A stretch of DNA of 64,000 bases from the human T2T-CHM13v2.0 reference genome, Homo sapiens (GCF_009914755.1 NC_060935.1), one strand, 5' to 3'. Numbered from the stretch's first letter, positions 1-17,208 are shown. A program made the numbers and translations. Notes: generated by a model not told the origin, from the sequence alone.

Positions 1-744
1 GAGTTTCTACTTCACGTTCTTGCTTTCTTTGATATAAACAAGCAAAACACATTTGTACCTTGTGGGGCCTATGAGTAATAGGAGCCAACCATTACCATTT
101 AGCGATTGAGCTTTCCTTGTATAAGCCAGTATGTTCATAGCAGCAATGATAGTTCTCCTTTTTACAAAAATCTGTACTTGGTGCAGTAAGTACTTAGTGC
201 TGTTAAATACTGAAGAGTATTGTGTGTGCAGCTATAGAACTGGTTTTTCTCGCTTGTTGCAGTCTTAACTGCTTTCTGTGGCTAAATTCTCCTAAGTGTG
301 TTTCTAGGCATAAGTTAGGACAGTTTTTATGCTGATCACTAGTGCTATAATATAATTCATAGTTGTCATCATTAGTCACAAGGTACCCTTAGCCACATCC
401 TTGCCAGGAAAAGGAATATGAACTACGAATGAGCACCTGTCTCCCTCTTTCTATTCTTCTTGGGACGGGCTAAGCTTCATGCATTTGCTGCATGAAAAAC
501 ATATTTATAACTATCTCCCATCCAACCTCCTCTTCACATCCTCCTCTCCCAGTCATTTATACTGGGAGCTTTTGCAGCATTTTTTCATTGTTCTTCCTCA
601 CTCTCCATGTGGTTCTGTCTTTGCAGTGTCTCCCTGACTTATACTACTCTGTTTCCTTAGACTCTTGCCACCTTCCTAATTTATCACCTTCTAGTGTCTT
701 GCTTGGCATGGTGGAACAGCCACCTGACTGATTTCCCCTTTTGA

Positions 745-1420
<676 letters not shown>

Positions 1421-1437
1421 ATTTTTAAGTTCAGAGC

Positions 1438-1600
1438 TAGGCTTGGTGGCTCACACCTGTAATCCCAGCTACTCGGCAGGCCAAGGCAGGAGGATCACTT
1501 GATCCCAGGAGTTCAAGGATGTTACAATGAACCGTAATCATGCTACTATACTCTAGCCAGGGTGACAGGGTAAGACCCTGTCTCTTAAAAACAAAAAACT
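1438..1600 (+). mobile_element. Alu monomer (FRAM/FAM-like)
   Basis: Single Alu arm with an A-rich tail. Confidence 0.75.
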
Positions 1601-1676
1601 CCAAACAATTGGGTCCAATTTTCATTCAGCTGTCATACAAGTAACATTACCAACCCTTCTTCAACACCTGAATTTG

Positions 1677-1980
1677 GGTTAAATGTGGTGGCTCACGCCT
1701 GTAATCTCAGCACTTTGGGAGGCTAAGGGTAGAGAATTGCTTGAACCCATGAGTTCAAAACCAGCTTAAGCAACATAGTGAGACCCCATGTCCAAAAAAA
1801 AAATAAAAATTAGCCAGACATGGTGGTATGCACCTGTTGTCCTAGCTCCTCAGGAGGCTGAGGTGGAAGGATCACTTGAGCCAGGAGGTTGAGGTTTCAG
1901 TGAGCCATAATCACACCACTGCACTCCAGCCTGGGTGACAGAGAGAGACCCTGTCTCAAACAAACAAACAAACAAAACCC
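1677..1980 (+). mobile_element. Alu (J-type)
   Basis: Diverged dimeric Alu with an (AAAC)n tail. Confidence 0.88.
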
Positions 1981-2431
1981 AAACCCTGAATTTGATTCCC
2001 ATTACTTACAAAATACAGTTGACACCCTGAACGGCATGCAGGGTGTTCTCTTGGCTGTCCCCATCCTGACTGTCCAGCCTCATCACTCAGTCCATTCTCT
2101 TATTGCAGCTACCGACACCCTCATCCATTGCAGGGCATGTCACATACCGTTTCTATCTCTGCAGTATTTAATTCTGCTGTTCCTTTGCTTATGCTTAGTG
2201 TTTCTGCCTACGGAAATCCCAGTTATCCTCCAGAATTTAGTTTCAGTACCTCCTCCTTGAAGAAATCTTTGCAGATTTAATTGATCCGCGAGTAGGAATT
2301 AGTTGTTTTCTATTCTCTGAGCACTATGGATTCCTATAATTTCAGTGTCTTGGGTTAGATATCATTCTGTCTTTTATAACATATTAAATCTTCTCTAAGA
2401 GTAAAGAGTTATCTCAATTTTTCTATCTTCC

Positions 2432-2735
2432 TTTTTTTTTTTTGAGATAAGGTTTCTGTCATGTGGGCTGGAGTGCAGTGGCATGACCACAGCTCACTGT
2501 ACCCTTGACCTCCTGGGCTCAAGTGATCCTCCCACCTCAGCCTCCCAAGTGGCTGAGACTATAGGTGTGCACCACCATACTCAGGTTTTTTGGTTGTTTT
2601 TTTTTTTGTATTTTTTGTATAGACGGAATTTCACTGTGTTGCCCAAACTGGTCTCAAACAACCGGGCTTAAGTGATCCACTCACCTTGGGCTCCCAAACA
2701 GTTGGGATTACAAGCATGAGCCACAGCACCCAGCT
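2432..2735 (-). mobile_element. Alu (J-type)
   Basis: Poly-T followed by a diverged antisense Alu. Confidence 0.88.
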
Positions 2736-3305
2736 GAGTTATCCTAATTTCTCTTTTATTTTCTCAGTGTACTTTCTACAAGGCTTTACACATAGTTGGT
2801 GCTCAAAAAGTATTTGCTGGATAATTGATGACACTTTGCATTTGTATAGTATTTTTGCTTTTTAGAGTTCTCTTACATATGTCTTCTCTTTAGTAAATTA
2901 GAATTAACTAATAATGTGAAGAGAAAGTTATCAGTAATCATAATTTGTTTGACTGTTGTTTTTTTTTAACACAAATTATCCATGGGCATTGTATAAAAAT
3001 TAGAAAATATAAAGAGCCAAAAGAAAACGAAATTGGTCATAATACCACCCCATATTAGCATTTTGGTTTATATCCTTCAAGCTATTTTTTCTATATATAT
3101 TATAGATAGATACACACATACATTTAAGTCATCCTATATATTCTGATAATTAACAATATCTGATCTCTCTATAACAATAAGTGTTGGTTTTCATAGTTAA
3201 TTTTAAGGATAGCATCACAAACATGCATCCCTATCTGTCCAATCTACTTGTATTTGACATTGAGCTTATCTGTAGTTTTTTTTAATTTAAAAATAAATGT
3301 CATGA

Positions 3306-3610
<305 letters not shown>

Positions 3611-4743
3611 ACTAGCATTCTTTAGATAGAAACCTAGAAGCCAGATTTCTGGGTCCCTAGTCCAAACTGCCTTTCAGAGAGGCTGTTCCAGCTTACACAC
3701 CAAGCAGCAAGTCATGAGTACTGGCTTCCTCCCCGTGTCCTTCCTTGCCTCGGTATTTCCATTCTTTTTAGCCTTTGCCAATCTGATATTTCAAAAATGG
3801 TATCTCAGAGTTACATTGGTTTGCATTTCTTTGATCATTGGTAACATGTTATTAATTTTCATATGATCTATTTATATTTCTTCTGTGAATTGCTTTTTTT
3901 TTTTTTTGGCCTTTGCTCCCTTTCTTGTTGACTTGTTTGTCTTTTTTATTCGTTGGAACTCTTTAATAAAGATATTAACCTTTGGTAATACATGTTGCAA
4001 GTACTTTCCCAGAGTTTCTTTTGTCTATTAACTTTAAGCTGATTTTTAGCCTATATAAGTTTGTTGGTTTGTTTGAATATAATCACATCAATCACTCTTT
4101 TCCTGTATGGTTTCTACATCTGGAATTATTCACAGGAAGTTCCTCCTGAAGTTTAAGAGTATATGTATTCTTATCCTATGCCTTTTTTTTGAGTCCTTCT
4201 GTGATTTTAAAAATTAATACATTAGTACACCTTGATATAATATTATATCTACTTTTATAAAACCTAGATGACTAAATAAATCTCAATCATGGAATTAGAG
4301 GGGACTTTGACAGTCATGTCCATTTTCCTAGCATCAGGTGCCAGGTAGATGAGTACCCCTTCCAGAGTGTGACTGTCGACCACTTCCCATCACTCCCCCA
4401 TATTTTTCATTAGCTTTTCTAAAATCAGCCACTTTATTTTATGCCAGCTATGTATTTCCTAGTACCTGTCCTTAGTAGGTTGGTTTGAGGACTAAATCAG
4501 TTTGTAAATGAGATATAGAGCAATCTATAGTGCACCGAGTGGCACACCAACATTCCACATATGTCTTGGTGTATGTGAATGCATGGATGGTGGCATGAAC
4601 AGTGATGCCAGATCCCTGAGGATAATGTAAGATAGCAGCTCTTTCATTGAAGCAGGGCCTTGGCCAGGCAACTGAGAGCACTCGCCAGTTACAAGGTCCC
4701 ATAGGGAACGTGGAAGGAAGGAAACGTCATGGGATGCCTTTGA

Positions 4744-5315
<572 letters not shown>

Positions 5316-6133
5316 TAGTTTTTCTTTTTCTTTTTTTTTTAAATTGAAACAGTGAAGTGAATTTGTTTCTTCCCTGTCTACCTCCTTTGCACTTGATTTC
5401 ACTGTTTCCTCATTCTCAGCTTACTTTTTATACCTCTCGATTTTACTGCCGTTAAGAAATTGTCATTTTGCAGTGCTCGAGCTTCTGGGTGGGAAGACAC
5501 CAGGGAGCAGGAAATAAACACATCTCAGAGAGCCTTCTGAGAGAACGCCAACCATAGCCTCTCTGCCAGCCTTCACTGCCAACCAAGGTAGAGGTGAAAT
5601 GCTTGCTTTCTAAGATTTACCTGGAGCATGGTAGGCACTCCCCTATTTAACTGGATCAGTGAAAGAATAAAAATATACATGGACTTTCTGAGATGTGTAG
5701 CTGTTCAGGAAGCTGGTAAAGAACAGACCTGAAACCTCTGTGGCCAGGGAAGTTGGATAGGGGATGGACATTTGCTATGAAGGACATTGGTGTGGACACC
5801 TTGGGGGTGGCCATTCAACCCTCACTAAGTTGGCCAAAGGAGGAAACCCTGCTTATGGGCAGCTCCCACTGTCACATAACAGCAAGAAAAAGAAACCTTT
5901 GAAGTGGAGAGAGATACCTATAAACTCTGGATATGAATGCTGAGGAAACCAGAATAGAGAAGTCAGTGCAGTTGGCTGGTGTTAGCCAGAAACTTTTCTT
6001 GGAAGTCAAGTAACTGGGTAAAATACTTGCATTCCTAAGGTAGAAGGTCAAGAAATAGGCTTCTGCCTCCATATCTTTGATCCCATTTCGCAGAAGGATT
6101 CGCCATTTCCTCCACTGATGCCATCCTTTATCT

Positions 6134-6331
6134 CAGGGGTCAGCAAACTTCAGCCCGCTGCCTGTTTTTGTAATTTGTTCTAGGATGTAGTCACAGGCTT
6201 TCATTTACTTGTTGTCTGTGACTGCTCTTGCCCTATCACAACAGAGTTCAGTAGTTAGGACAGACTGTGTGGTCTGCAAAGCTTAAAGTATTTACTGTCC
6301 GGCCCTTTGCAGAAAAAGTTTGCCGACCTTG
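6134..6331. mobile_element. MER58A-like hAT MITE
   Basis: TIRs CAGGGGTCAGCAAAC / GTTTGCCGACCTTG; 8-bp TSD CTTTATCT / CTTTATAT. Confidence 0.85.
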
Positions 6332-9300
6332 CTTTATATTGTTAGCAGTTGAATAATTCTGAGTTGTTTTTCCACAAGACTCATGGTGACTCATGGTTTG
6401 CACCAGCCCGTGCAATTTTCTTAATGAGGGCCTCCTTTGCTCATGGCATTATTTGCAAGATGATTTACTAGAACCAGGGGTGTGGTCTGGGAATTAGGCC
6501 TTTTGAGGAGAGATTGAACATCTGAGCTGCCTACAAGACACACATGGAGTGGCTAGTGCCCTAATAACAGACAGTATTTGTTTCTGATATTTATTTACTG
6601 CTCAATGTATGCCAATATTGTAGAGAAATCAAGGCTAAGAAGTTAGGAAAGGTACCCAAGGTCAAGTACCAGGATTTGAACCCAGTCTGCAGAATAAAAG
6701 CCCTTGCCCTAACCACCCCACTGCTTCCAACCAAACCCCTGACCACCTTTCCTTCCTAACTCTTTCTACTCTCTACTCTGTTCTCTTTGTGATTTCTGGG
6801 CCAATTGTCAGTTAGCCTTTGCTCTTTTAGTTCATATATGTCTCTCTTGGAGCATTCACTCCTTGGCCAGTTTTCTTTTTGACCCCACCCCTCCTCCTGT
6901 AGGTGGCTTTCCAACCTTGCTCCAACACCCATTTCTTGCTAACTCTCCCTGGGAGGAAAACTTGAGATGCACAGGAGGTCCTGGGTTCCCTCCACATCAG
7001 CCATTCCTGCCCTGTCACTGAGCATTGCCCACAGCGGCGGTTGTCATCCAGGTGCCCTGCCTTCTTCAGAAGCCAGCAGGTGCACAGAGAACCAGCTGGA
7101 AAGGGCATTGCCACCAGGGCCCCCGGGCCCCAAAGTGCCAAAAAGGCAGCCTCTGGATAGGCTGAGCTGGCATTTCTGACCTTTGTGTAGAGAGGACGTC
7201 CTTAAAGGGACAGCGAGCTCTTTTCTTTCCTGGTGGCTGACTGCCAGTTCAGATGCCAGGGGTTTGAAGAGGCCATTGTTCTGGCGATGGGAGATAGGGG
7301 CCAGACCGCCTAGTCTCTTTTTCTTTCCCTGTTACCAACTGCCTGTCTCCCTCTGATGTGCAGCGTGTCAAGTGTGGAAGGACAGTGGGCTGTCTTTGGT
7401 CACATACCCTCCCCTCCTCTGAAGGCAGCCTTGTCACCGAGGCTAAGGGACAGAATTGCCTCACAGCCACCAGCTCCCCTCCTCCAGGGCAGCCGCCCCG
7501 GTGCGAGAAAGAATGGTCTCTGCAGACTTCAGTGAGGTGCCCGCATCAGTTTCTGTGCCCCAAGTGGGTGGGGTGAAGTGGGAGGACTGCAGGCACCCTT
7601 TCTCCAGTGCCTTCCTTTCCTGCCCCACCCACCCTAGAATCGCGTTAGGTGCTTGTTAAAACTACAGATTCTGGGTTCCAATTCCAGAATTTCTGGGCCC
7701 CAGGAATCCAATTATCAATAAGCACACCACAGTTTGAGAACCACTGACTTAGTGATTCCCAAACCTGGCTAGTCATCAGAATCATGTGGGGACCTAGTCC
7801 ATCAGAATATCTGCCTGGGGCCCATGAATTTGAGCAGGGTAGCTTCTCGTTAGTGGTCAAGAGCAGGTATCCTGGAGCCAGGCCCCTGGGTTTGAATCCT
7901 AGCCCCACCAGCTACTATCTGTACGCTCTTGGGTAAGTTTCTCAGCCAATCTCTGCCTCTTTTCTCACCTCTAAAATAGGCTTATGATAGTGCTCATTAA
8001 ATAGAATTGTTATGAGAATTAAAGGAATTAATATTTATAAAGTTCTTACAACAGAACTGCCTCATTGATAAGAGTATTATGTAAGTTTTCATGAAATCTT
8101 TCTCTTTTTTTTTGGTAAACTAACTGGTCATCTAAGTTGGAGATCACAATTTGAATAATCTCTTATCAGCAAGGTTGCCTGGCTAAGCTGGCTTTTCTGT
8201 GTGCTTTACTAAATGACCAGCAATTCTCTGAGCTGAGCCCAGGCTAGTCCTCAGTTCAGTCTGCGTGACTTGTTCTGCAAAGGCAGCCCTGTCATTTGTC
8301 CTCCCTGCCTTGTGGCTTACAGAGTGAGGAGAAAAATCCCTTCCTGGTTTCCACCACCAGGCAATGTGGACAGCATCGGCAAGTCTGTCCCAGGAGGGCC
8401 CAGAAGCCACATCTACAAGGCTCACTGACCTCTTTGGATGGAATTGAAGGAAAACAAGCTGCAGGCCAGGAATAGCTAGACATAAGTACAAGGTATTATA
8501 ATTACTACCCACGCCCAACTTGGTCCCCTGAGTTAAATTTAACCCTCTGCACAGTCTTCTGACCTCAGGGAAGGAGGATGGACAGAAGTGTCTGTGGGGG
8601 ATCGGGGTGGGTGTAGCCAGGAGTATGTGGGAGGCATTACCCTTGGGAGCTCTGTCAAGCCAAAATGGGCACCACGGTTCAGCACGCATCCAAGCTTTTA
8701 TTATAACTTCTTGGTTTTGCTCAACTACTACTTTTCTGAAAATGATGCTGTTAGACTACATGTCTAGTATTCAGCTCAAGGTTTCTTTTTCTTCTTGTAC
8801 TCTTTAATCTCTCTTTCTATTCACTACTTAGGAGACTTATTTGTCCAGCTGCTTATGAATATGGCATGAGGTATGTGGAGGTTGGGAGAGATGGCCAACC
8901 TGGGAGGACTGAGCTGCCCAGCTTCAATCTGCCCCTGTTCCCCAGTGAGGTCTGGGAGTAATCAAGGCTGGAAAAGGGCCATTGGTCGAGGAGAGAATTC
9001 TAATGCCACATAGCAGACAATGGTATTTTACAGATCCTGATATCAGGGGTTTTGGTGAGTCAAATGTTAGATTATTTAGAAGAAAACCATCCAGTCCTCC
9101 AGGGCGTGTCTGTGGATGTTTTCCATCTTGACTACAAATGTCAGCATACAGGGACCCAGCAGTGGGCAGAGCTTTCCTAGCATCCACTCCCTCCCACTTG
9201 TGCATATTTCACAAGACTTCCAGGAAGCTGCACAGGGCCATTTCTGTTCTTGGTGGGGGTTTGGATACCTTTGGTTGCTCTGAACCCAGAATGACCAGTA

Positions 9301-10644
9301 GGAGCAGGGCCTCAGTGGATTGAGAGACACAACCTGTCAACCTGTCTTGAGAGAAGGATTTGGTTACCTAGTTAAGAATATCAACCCACTCTTTTGGAGG
9401 TGAATGGAAGAGACCCCATGGTTTCTTTTCCTTTCCTACTTTTATCACCTCCTCTTTGGAGGAAGCTACAGAGGCAATACCTGCTTTGGGTGGAAATTGG
9501 GCTGAGCGAGATTGAAAGGCCTTTCCACTTTGGAGATCTGTGAGTCTATGGATATATTTCTGGCCCCCAACAATAGAGGGAGGACCCCAACTCTCAATCT
9601 GGAGAAGAAGGATCTATAAAATAGAAGCAGATGGATGTCCCTGGTGGTTTCCAGTACAAAAATCACATGGCCCTGTGCTCACTCCTCCTCTGGGGCTTTG
9701 CTGGATGTCACCTGCTACTGGGCACTGTGCAGACAGTTGATGTCTCAGAGTTGGGAGGTTTTTAGAGGGAGTCTGGACTGAGATGAGGATGTGAAACCAA
9801 TCTCTTGACTAGGAACTCACCTCCTATGCACTAGCCTCTTGCAATGTTTGTGAGAGTGGCCTAAACTCTTAGAATATTCCTTGTTATTTCAAACCCAATT
9901 ATGCCATCTGATAACCTCCCTCTGGAGGAACAAAAAAAAGACTTTTCTCCCCTTTTGCTTCCCCTCTCTCTTCCTCCTCTGAGATACTCAAAATCCTGTT
10001 TACCTTAAGGCATCTCTCCTTTAGTCTAAACATGCCTAGTTACTTTACAGTTTTGCACAGGGCAGGGTTTTTAGACCCACACTGTCTTTATTTATCTTTG
10101 AACAATAGGCCTTGCCGAGTATGATGCTTTCTAGTTATGCCCCTTACTGACATCATCTGTGGTGGGATTAGTACATTCCTTCACTTGCTTCAGTTGACAA
10201 GGCCCACATGTGTTAATTATTCTTACAGTCATGTTGTAATTTTGGTCCATGCTGAGCTTTATGGCCTTCACCTGCTGGAAGTTAGACTTTCACACTCCTG
10301 CATTTGTAGAGGACAGGTCCTTGCCAAGGGTCAGGGGCTTATTCTGCAGTACTGCCTACCTCAGGCAGGCTCCGGCATCTGGGGTGGGTGCACGGCTGCA
10401 TGATCCATAGTGTATGGACTGTAGGATGGGAATCAGATTTTGGTTAGGGCCATGTTATCAATGACGTGAGAAGAGATTGCAATGGGGGGTGAGGCACTGC
10501 TAGGATGTCATAGCTTGTGCCCGTGGGTGAGTCGGTGTCTGCAGCTTGTCATTTGGCTACTTTTATCCTTAGATCTCTTCTCTCCTGACTTGTTCCCTTC
10601 CAGTCCCCACTAGGTTTAAATTGGAAGAGTCAGGCTGTGCCAAA

Positions 10645-10714
<70 letters not shown>

Positions 10715-10738
10715 GTACACACACACACACACACACAC
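10645..10738. repeat. Compound (TA)n(CA)n microsatellite
   Basis: Directly visible. Confidence 0.93.
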
Positions 10739-10950
10739 CCAGACAGGACCTGGCAACCTCTCAAAGCAGTGTGGGCACAACTGCAGAAAGCCAGGCAACA
10801 GACAGCACTTCCTGGAGTCCATACCTCCATGCCATCCTATGGAAAGAGAAATAGGGGAAGTTCTCTGAGTACCTGCATGCAAGCACTCCTGATTGCCCTC
10901 TGGAGAGTCCAGGCTGAATTAAAGAGGAGCTGGATTCGATGCTTGAAAAT
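10735..10950 (+). repeat. Copy 1 of a ~217-bp local direct duplication
   Basis: Near-identical to 12334-12551 (ACACCCAGACAGGACCTGGCA...GGATTCGATGCTTGAAAAT). Confidence 0.93.
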
Positions 10951-10984
10951 TAATTGAATGCTTGAAATAAATATATATATATAT

Positions 10985-11260
10985 GAGTCACTTTGTCACC
11001 CAGGTTGGAGTGCAGTGGTGCAATCATGGCTTACTGCAGCTGTGAACTCCTGAGCTCAGGTGATCCTCCCGACTCTGCCTTTGGAGTAGCTGGAACCTCA
11101 AACATGTGTCACCACATCTGGCTGATTTTTAATTTTTTAAATAGAATCTGGGTCTTGTCATGTTGCCTAGGCTGGTCTCAAACTGCTGAGTTCAAGAGAT
11201 CCTCCTGCCACGACCTTCCAGAGCACTGGGATTATAGGCAAGAGCCACTGTGCCCAGCCA
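10985..11260 (-). mobile_element. Alu (J-type) with (TA)n tail
   Basis: Diverged antisense Alu. Confidence 0.85.
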
Positions 11261-11613
11261 GCCAAAACTCTTTAATGAGGATTGGTTTAGCATTTAGAGA
11301 GAGAGCGAGCAAGCCTCCCATCTGCCCAGCACAGCCTCCCACCCCCTCATGGCAGTGTAGCTGTTCTTCTCTGAAGAGGCAGGAAGATGCTGGGGAAGGG
11401 AGAGGAGAGGTAGTTAGTTGGAGGTGATGAAATGGTCAGAAGAGAGAAAGGAGAAACAGGGCAGGGTTCGGCAGTGCACAGCCGGGTTGCTGGTCCCATT
11501 GGCTGTGGTCAGCATGGCTGCCTTCTCCTGCTTCACTTCCTATGGCCACAGAGCCCAATTTTTCTGCATCTTCTTAACACTTGCAGAGCTGTGAGATGAA
11601 GAATGATTGTGGG

Positions 11614-11918
<305 letters not shown>

Positions 11919-12333
11919 TTAGGACAGGAAATGACCTACAGAGTCATCTAAGTCATCTTAGACCAACTCCTCCTTATAACAGATGGGGAAACTGAGGCCC
12001 AGAGAAAGGGTGAGCTACATCCATGGTCACGCAGCAGTGTCATGCCATCTGAGTGCTCATACTCTGTGAATGCAGATGCTGTCTTAAAGAGTGGGTTTTG
12101 GATTGCAGCATGTCAGTAACTCCTCCCTTAGTCTGAACCCTCCTCTTTAAGAGTCAAGTGTATATTGCATCCCTAACCAGGAAAAGGCCTGTCTGGAAAC
12201 AAATGCATGAGCAGCCCAGGTGCTGCCCTGGGGGAGGGTGACTGAGCAGGCTGACTGTCATGGTCGGACATGTATGGGAAAAATGGGCACCAAGAAAAGA
12301 TGTCCATAGATGTGAATAATCCACATCGTAGGT

Positions 12334-12551
12334 ACACCCAGACAGGACCTGGCAGCCTCTCAAAGCAGTGTGGGCCAACTGCAGAAAGCCAGGCACCAGA
12401 CAGCACTTCCTGGAGTCCGTACCTCCGTGCCATCCTATGGAAAGAGAAATAGGGGAAGTTCTCTAAGTAACTCACATCCGTGAGCGCTCCTGATTGCCCT
12501 CTGGAGAGTCCAGGCTGAATTAAAGAGGAGCTGGATTCGATGCTTGAAAAT
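12334..12551 (+). repeat. Copy 2 of a ~217-bp local direct duplication
   Basis: Near-identical to 10735-10950 and retains CpGs lost in copy 1. Confidence 0.93.
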
Positions 12552-13309
12552 GAATTCCGTGCTTTACTTTCCTCCTGGGTCTTGTGTCCTGACTGCTCCC
12601 ATTGATCAACCTCTCGAGACACGTGGGCGTGAGGATGGGGGCCAGGAGGTAACAGCAGCCCAGGGCCCTTGCCTTGACTTCTTTGGTTTCTCATGACTCA
12701 TCATGATCTCCTTCCCCCCAGACTCACACATGCATACTCACACTCAGACACACCCACACACACTGACACATACTCTCTCATGCACACTCACTCTGCCATT
12801 GTCTTTCTCACTAGCTCCCAGTGCAGCACAGGAACCTAACAATAGTGTTTTCACGCCGTGAGCCCTGCTAACTGGCAAAGCCGGCTCGTTGTCTCTGGTT
12901 TAAAGGAAGAGTGGGGTGGAGGAAGGTGGAGGGGATGTTCATGTGGCTCAAGCCCAGGGCCAGTGGCAGGAGGGACTCAAGATCTGTTTTTAAGGACGAC
13001 ATGTCAGCATCTTAACTGGGGCATCCAGCAAGCAGACATCCCTCGTTAAGACCTTAATCCAGGATTAAGAAAAGGTCAGTTACCTCTGCAAAGAGGTGAT
13101 TTGGAGAGGGGCTTAGTGTCTCCTAATATCCTAGAGTGGGTAGAGGAGTGTAAGCCAGAGTGTGGTCACTGGCCTGTCCTAGGGGCCGGGACTCTCTAGA
13201 AATTCCAGGGTGGTACCGAATTCCCTGAGCCTCAGTTTGGCCTTTCTCTTAAACTTTAGCAATGTGTCTTGTCTCCTGTTCACACACATTCTTTGGTGGT
13301 AATTAGTAC

Positions 13310-13745
13310 ATGTCTTCAGTTGGAAAGGGACTCTACAAAAGACTTGGAGACAGATTTGCCTGCAGGAGTTTTATTGGGAAGTGCTGTTGGGAGCAAAGCT
13401 ATAAGCAAGTGAGGGAATCAGGATTGGGCTGAGGGAGAAGTTCAACTCTCACGCACCTGCTTTAGCCAATTCCATAAAAAATTCTAGAGCTGAGATTGCC
13501 CTGCAGGGTTATCCCAAATTGAGGCAAAGGGCAGGTTTTTGTATCCTCTCCTGGACTAGTCATTGGATGCGGTCTGTCCTCAGGGAGGGGCGTTTTTTTG
13601 GGCGAGGCTGCTTCCTTTAATCCAGGGCAGGGCCCAGAAAGGGACTCAGCTGTAACCCATCAGCAGCTATTACTCCAGGCAGCTGGGGAGATGAGTACTT
13701 CATTCTGGAAAGGAGTATCATGCCCAGGCGAAACCTCTACACTAC
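13310..13745. mobile_element. Probable MaLR solo LTR (MLT1-like)
   Basis: MLT1-like motifs (tttattgggaagtgct, ggattgggctgagggagaagtt); boundaries approximate. Confidence 0.55.
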
Positions 13746-14614
13746 ATGGGACAGGGACTCTACGATGTTGTACTTTGCCTTACATCTGTTCATTCTCACA
13801 GTCATCCTTTTATAGAGCAGGTGTCATCTCCCCTTCACAGATGGGACTTCTACTGAGGCAGAGCCACATGCGGAAGGTCAGAGGGTAGCTAGGGGCAGAC
13901 CATGTCCAAAACTTGGTGGCTTGCGGTGGTGGAAAGAACATAGGACTTTGTTGTATATGTGATTATTTAGTCTCTTTCCATGGTAAACCTGGGATTGTGG
14001 GCAAATGAAATTACTCTAATTTGCATAATTAAGGCAAATTAGATGCATGCCCATGTTTTAAAGGTCCCCAGCCCCATTTGTAGCCACCTGTTGGTAGTTT
14101 CTTCATTCATGGCCTTCCTTTTTGGGCAGTTATGGTTGCCTATAAAGAGGACAACTTGCCTTAGGATATTCCCCAGTAGGTGAGACTCTGAGTTCTGCCT
14201 GTGAGCAGTTCCACCCATCATCCTTCTCAATTTTTCGCTTTCATTTCCCTATGCTTCTCTGCAGCCCCTGGGCTCCATATATGTATGCTCCTACTACACT
14301 GACTTCCATAGAATCATGACTACAGATTATTTAATTTATCCTCGTTTTCCCCAATCCCATTTTTTTCCTCCCCAGGAATCAACTCCATTTCCTTGCCCAG
14401 TCCTTTCCACATAGGAGGCTTAATGTCCTGATCACACATGGGGCCCTGTGCGTTCTCCTCTGGAGAAGAACACTTTTAGAGTCAGCCATCCTGTGTAGAT
14501 TCTTGCTTGTGGTCATTCAACACTCTGATGCTGAAAATCTAGAAAAAGGAGGGATTTTTCTTCCCTTAGTATATCCCAGAATATCACCAAATTTACCTAC
14601 ACACAGTTGTCTTC

Positions 14615-14899
14615 TCTTTCTTTCTTTTTTTTTTTTTTTTTGATTTTTTTAATTTTTTGAGATGGAATCTCACTCTGTCACCCAGGCTGGAGTGTAGTGG
14701 CAGAATCTCGGCTCACTGCAGCCTCCAATGCTCCTGCCTCAGCCTCCCCAGTAGCTGGGATTACAGGGGTGCATCACCACGCCCAGCTAATTTTTGTATT
14801 TTTAGTAGAGACGGGGTTTCACCATGCTGGCCAGGCTGTTCTCGAACTCCTGACCTCTCAAAATGCTGGGATTACAGGTGTGAGCCACTGCGCTCAGCC
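14615..14899 (-). mobile_element. Alu (S-type) with small internal deletions
   Basis: Antisense Alu lacking two internal segments. Confidence 0.85.
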
Positions 14900-15365
14900 T
14901 GTCTTCTCTTTCAAAGGCAGCAATTTTCAAAACCAAAAAGATTACAGTAAATGTAATCGGGTTGAGTTAAAACCCAAAGATCAAAGGAAAGGTAACATGG
15001 GAGAATTTGACCATTCTAAATTTGTCTATTTCTCTAGTCCCTGATGAATGACATCTCGTTATACTGAATAAAGTTGCAGGTGTGCTCATTATCTCTTTGA
15101 CTCAATTTTCTCTTCCGTGAAATTGGAATAATAAGATTAAAGGAGATATGACCCACTGTGCCCTTCATAAAGTACCTACAGCAAGGCCTGGCAATACCTT
15201 CTCAATGAGTGTTAGCTCTTTTTATGTGGGAAATTATTAAACAAGAGGAAGGATATCTTGGATTAAAGAAAATTTTAATATCTAGAAAATATAGATCACT
15301 AGTCTATGTTTTCTAAAGTTATTTAGATACTAAATTACTAGAGAATTAGGTTAAAATAGTATAGA

Positions 15366-15520
15366 CCAATGATTCCTAAACATTGCCGCATATTTCAATC
15401 ACTTGGAGATCCTTCAAAAGCTCTGATACCTGGCTCCCACCCCCAGACATTCTTGTTTAGTTGGTTATGTAAAAACTCTCAGATGATTCTGAAGTGCAGC
15501 AAAGTTTAGGGAGCACTAGT
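15366..15520. mobile_element. MER5-like hAT fragment
   Basis: ccaatgattcctaaac...gattctgaagtgcagcaaagtttagggagcact pattern. Confidence 0.6.
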
Positions 15521-16690
15521 ATAGATCATTTGGTGAATTTGTAGTTGAAGCTGGCTGAAAATGTAGATTTGGTTGTAGTGAACACTTAGAAAAGAAAAAG
15601 ATAATACCCAGGAGCCAGTTATTCTATTTGGATAAGATTAAAAGAAAATTGGAAAAGAGAATTGGTGTGCATGGTGAAATGGGGTTTAACTAATATGTAG
15701 AAGGAGACCTACCCCTAGTAAGCTCTGTTCCCAGTGAGCTAAGGGCTAAGTGTGTTTATTCTGCTGGGCTGCATTTTGTCCCAGGGAAGGCTTTCATATG
15801 TATCCATGTGTACATGATAAAATTTTACTTAAAGGGTGGCTACCTGATTGAATGGCAATGTTGGTTGCTAAAGGGTGAATGTTGTGTTGGAGCCATCTGA
15901 ATCCTCAGCTTCCTCACCCTTCAATCTCCTGGCCATTTCTTGCTTTAAGTTTTAATTACGTAGACATCACTCACCTCATGAGAGAGATGCAGTATTAATG
16001 AGAGGTCTTGGGTTACAGCTGGGTCAGAGGCAATCAGTATATCCATTTGGACACCCCTGAACCAGCCTCCGTGGATTAGAGTCTGAGTTGGGGAACTCGG
16101 AGAGGACAGAGTGGACATCTGTGGAACATCAGTTCTCTTGCATTAATGGCTCATAATGCACAGACTATATCCTAAGCATTAATTCAGGAAAGAGTTATTT
16201 AATAGGGTCTCTAGAGTCCCTGATGGCCAGTGTATACCAACTCGTTTATAATTCAAGGACTGAGTTAGAAGATCTTTAATGACCCCTCCCATTAAAAAAA
16301 CTTTGGTCAGATGTTGACCTCTTTGGCTAACAATCTAGCTTTCTTCCTCTTCCAAACTTCCTGACAGACTGTCTATATACCCTCTGTTTCCTTGACCCTC
16401 TTTCACTCTCAGGGCAGCCAGTTGTTTGGGGCAGCACTGCAGAATCTTGGAGACAAATCCTGGTTTCTCTGTTTACTCTGTATGTGATCTGGGAAAATTC
16501 TTCAGTCACTGAGATGCCTCAGTTTCCTCTTCCATAAAGTAGGGTCAGTGGATAAAAGGAAGGAATACATATTAAATGTATAAAATCCCTGCCTGGCTCA
16601 TAGTATACTTTGAATGCTTTTAACCATTTTATTGGAGGAATAACTTGAGGAAGGGATGATGTCCTACTCATCTGAGTTTCTTTTTGCTCA

Positions 16691-17208
<518 letters not shown>
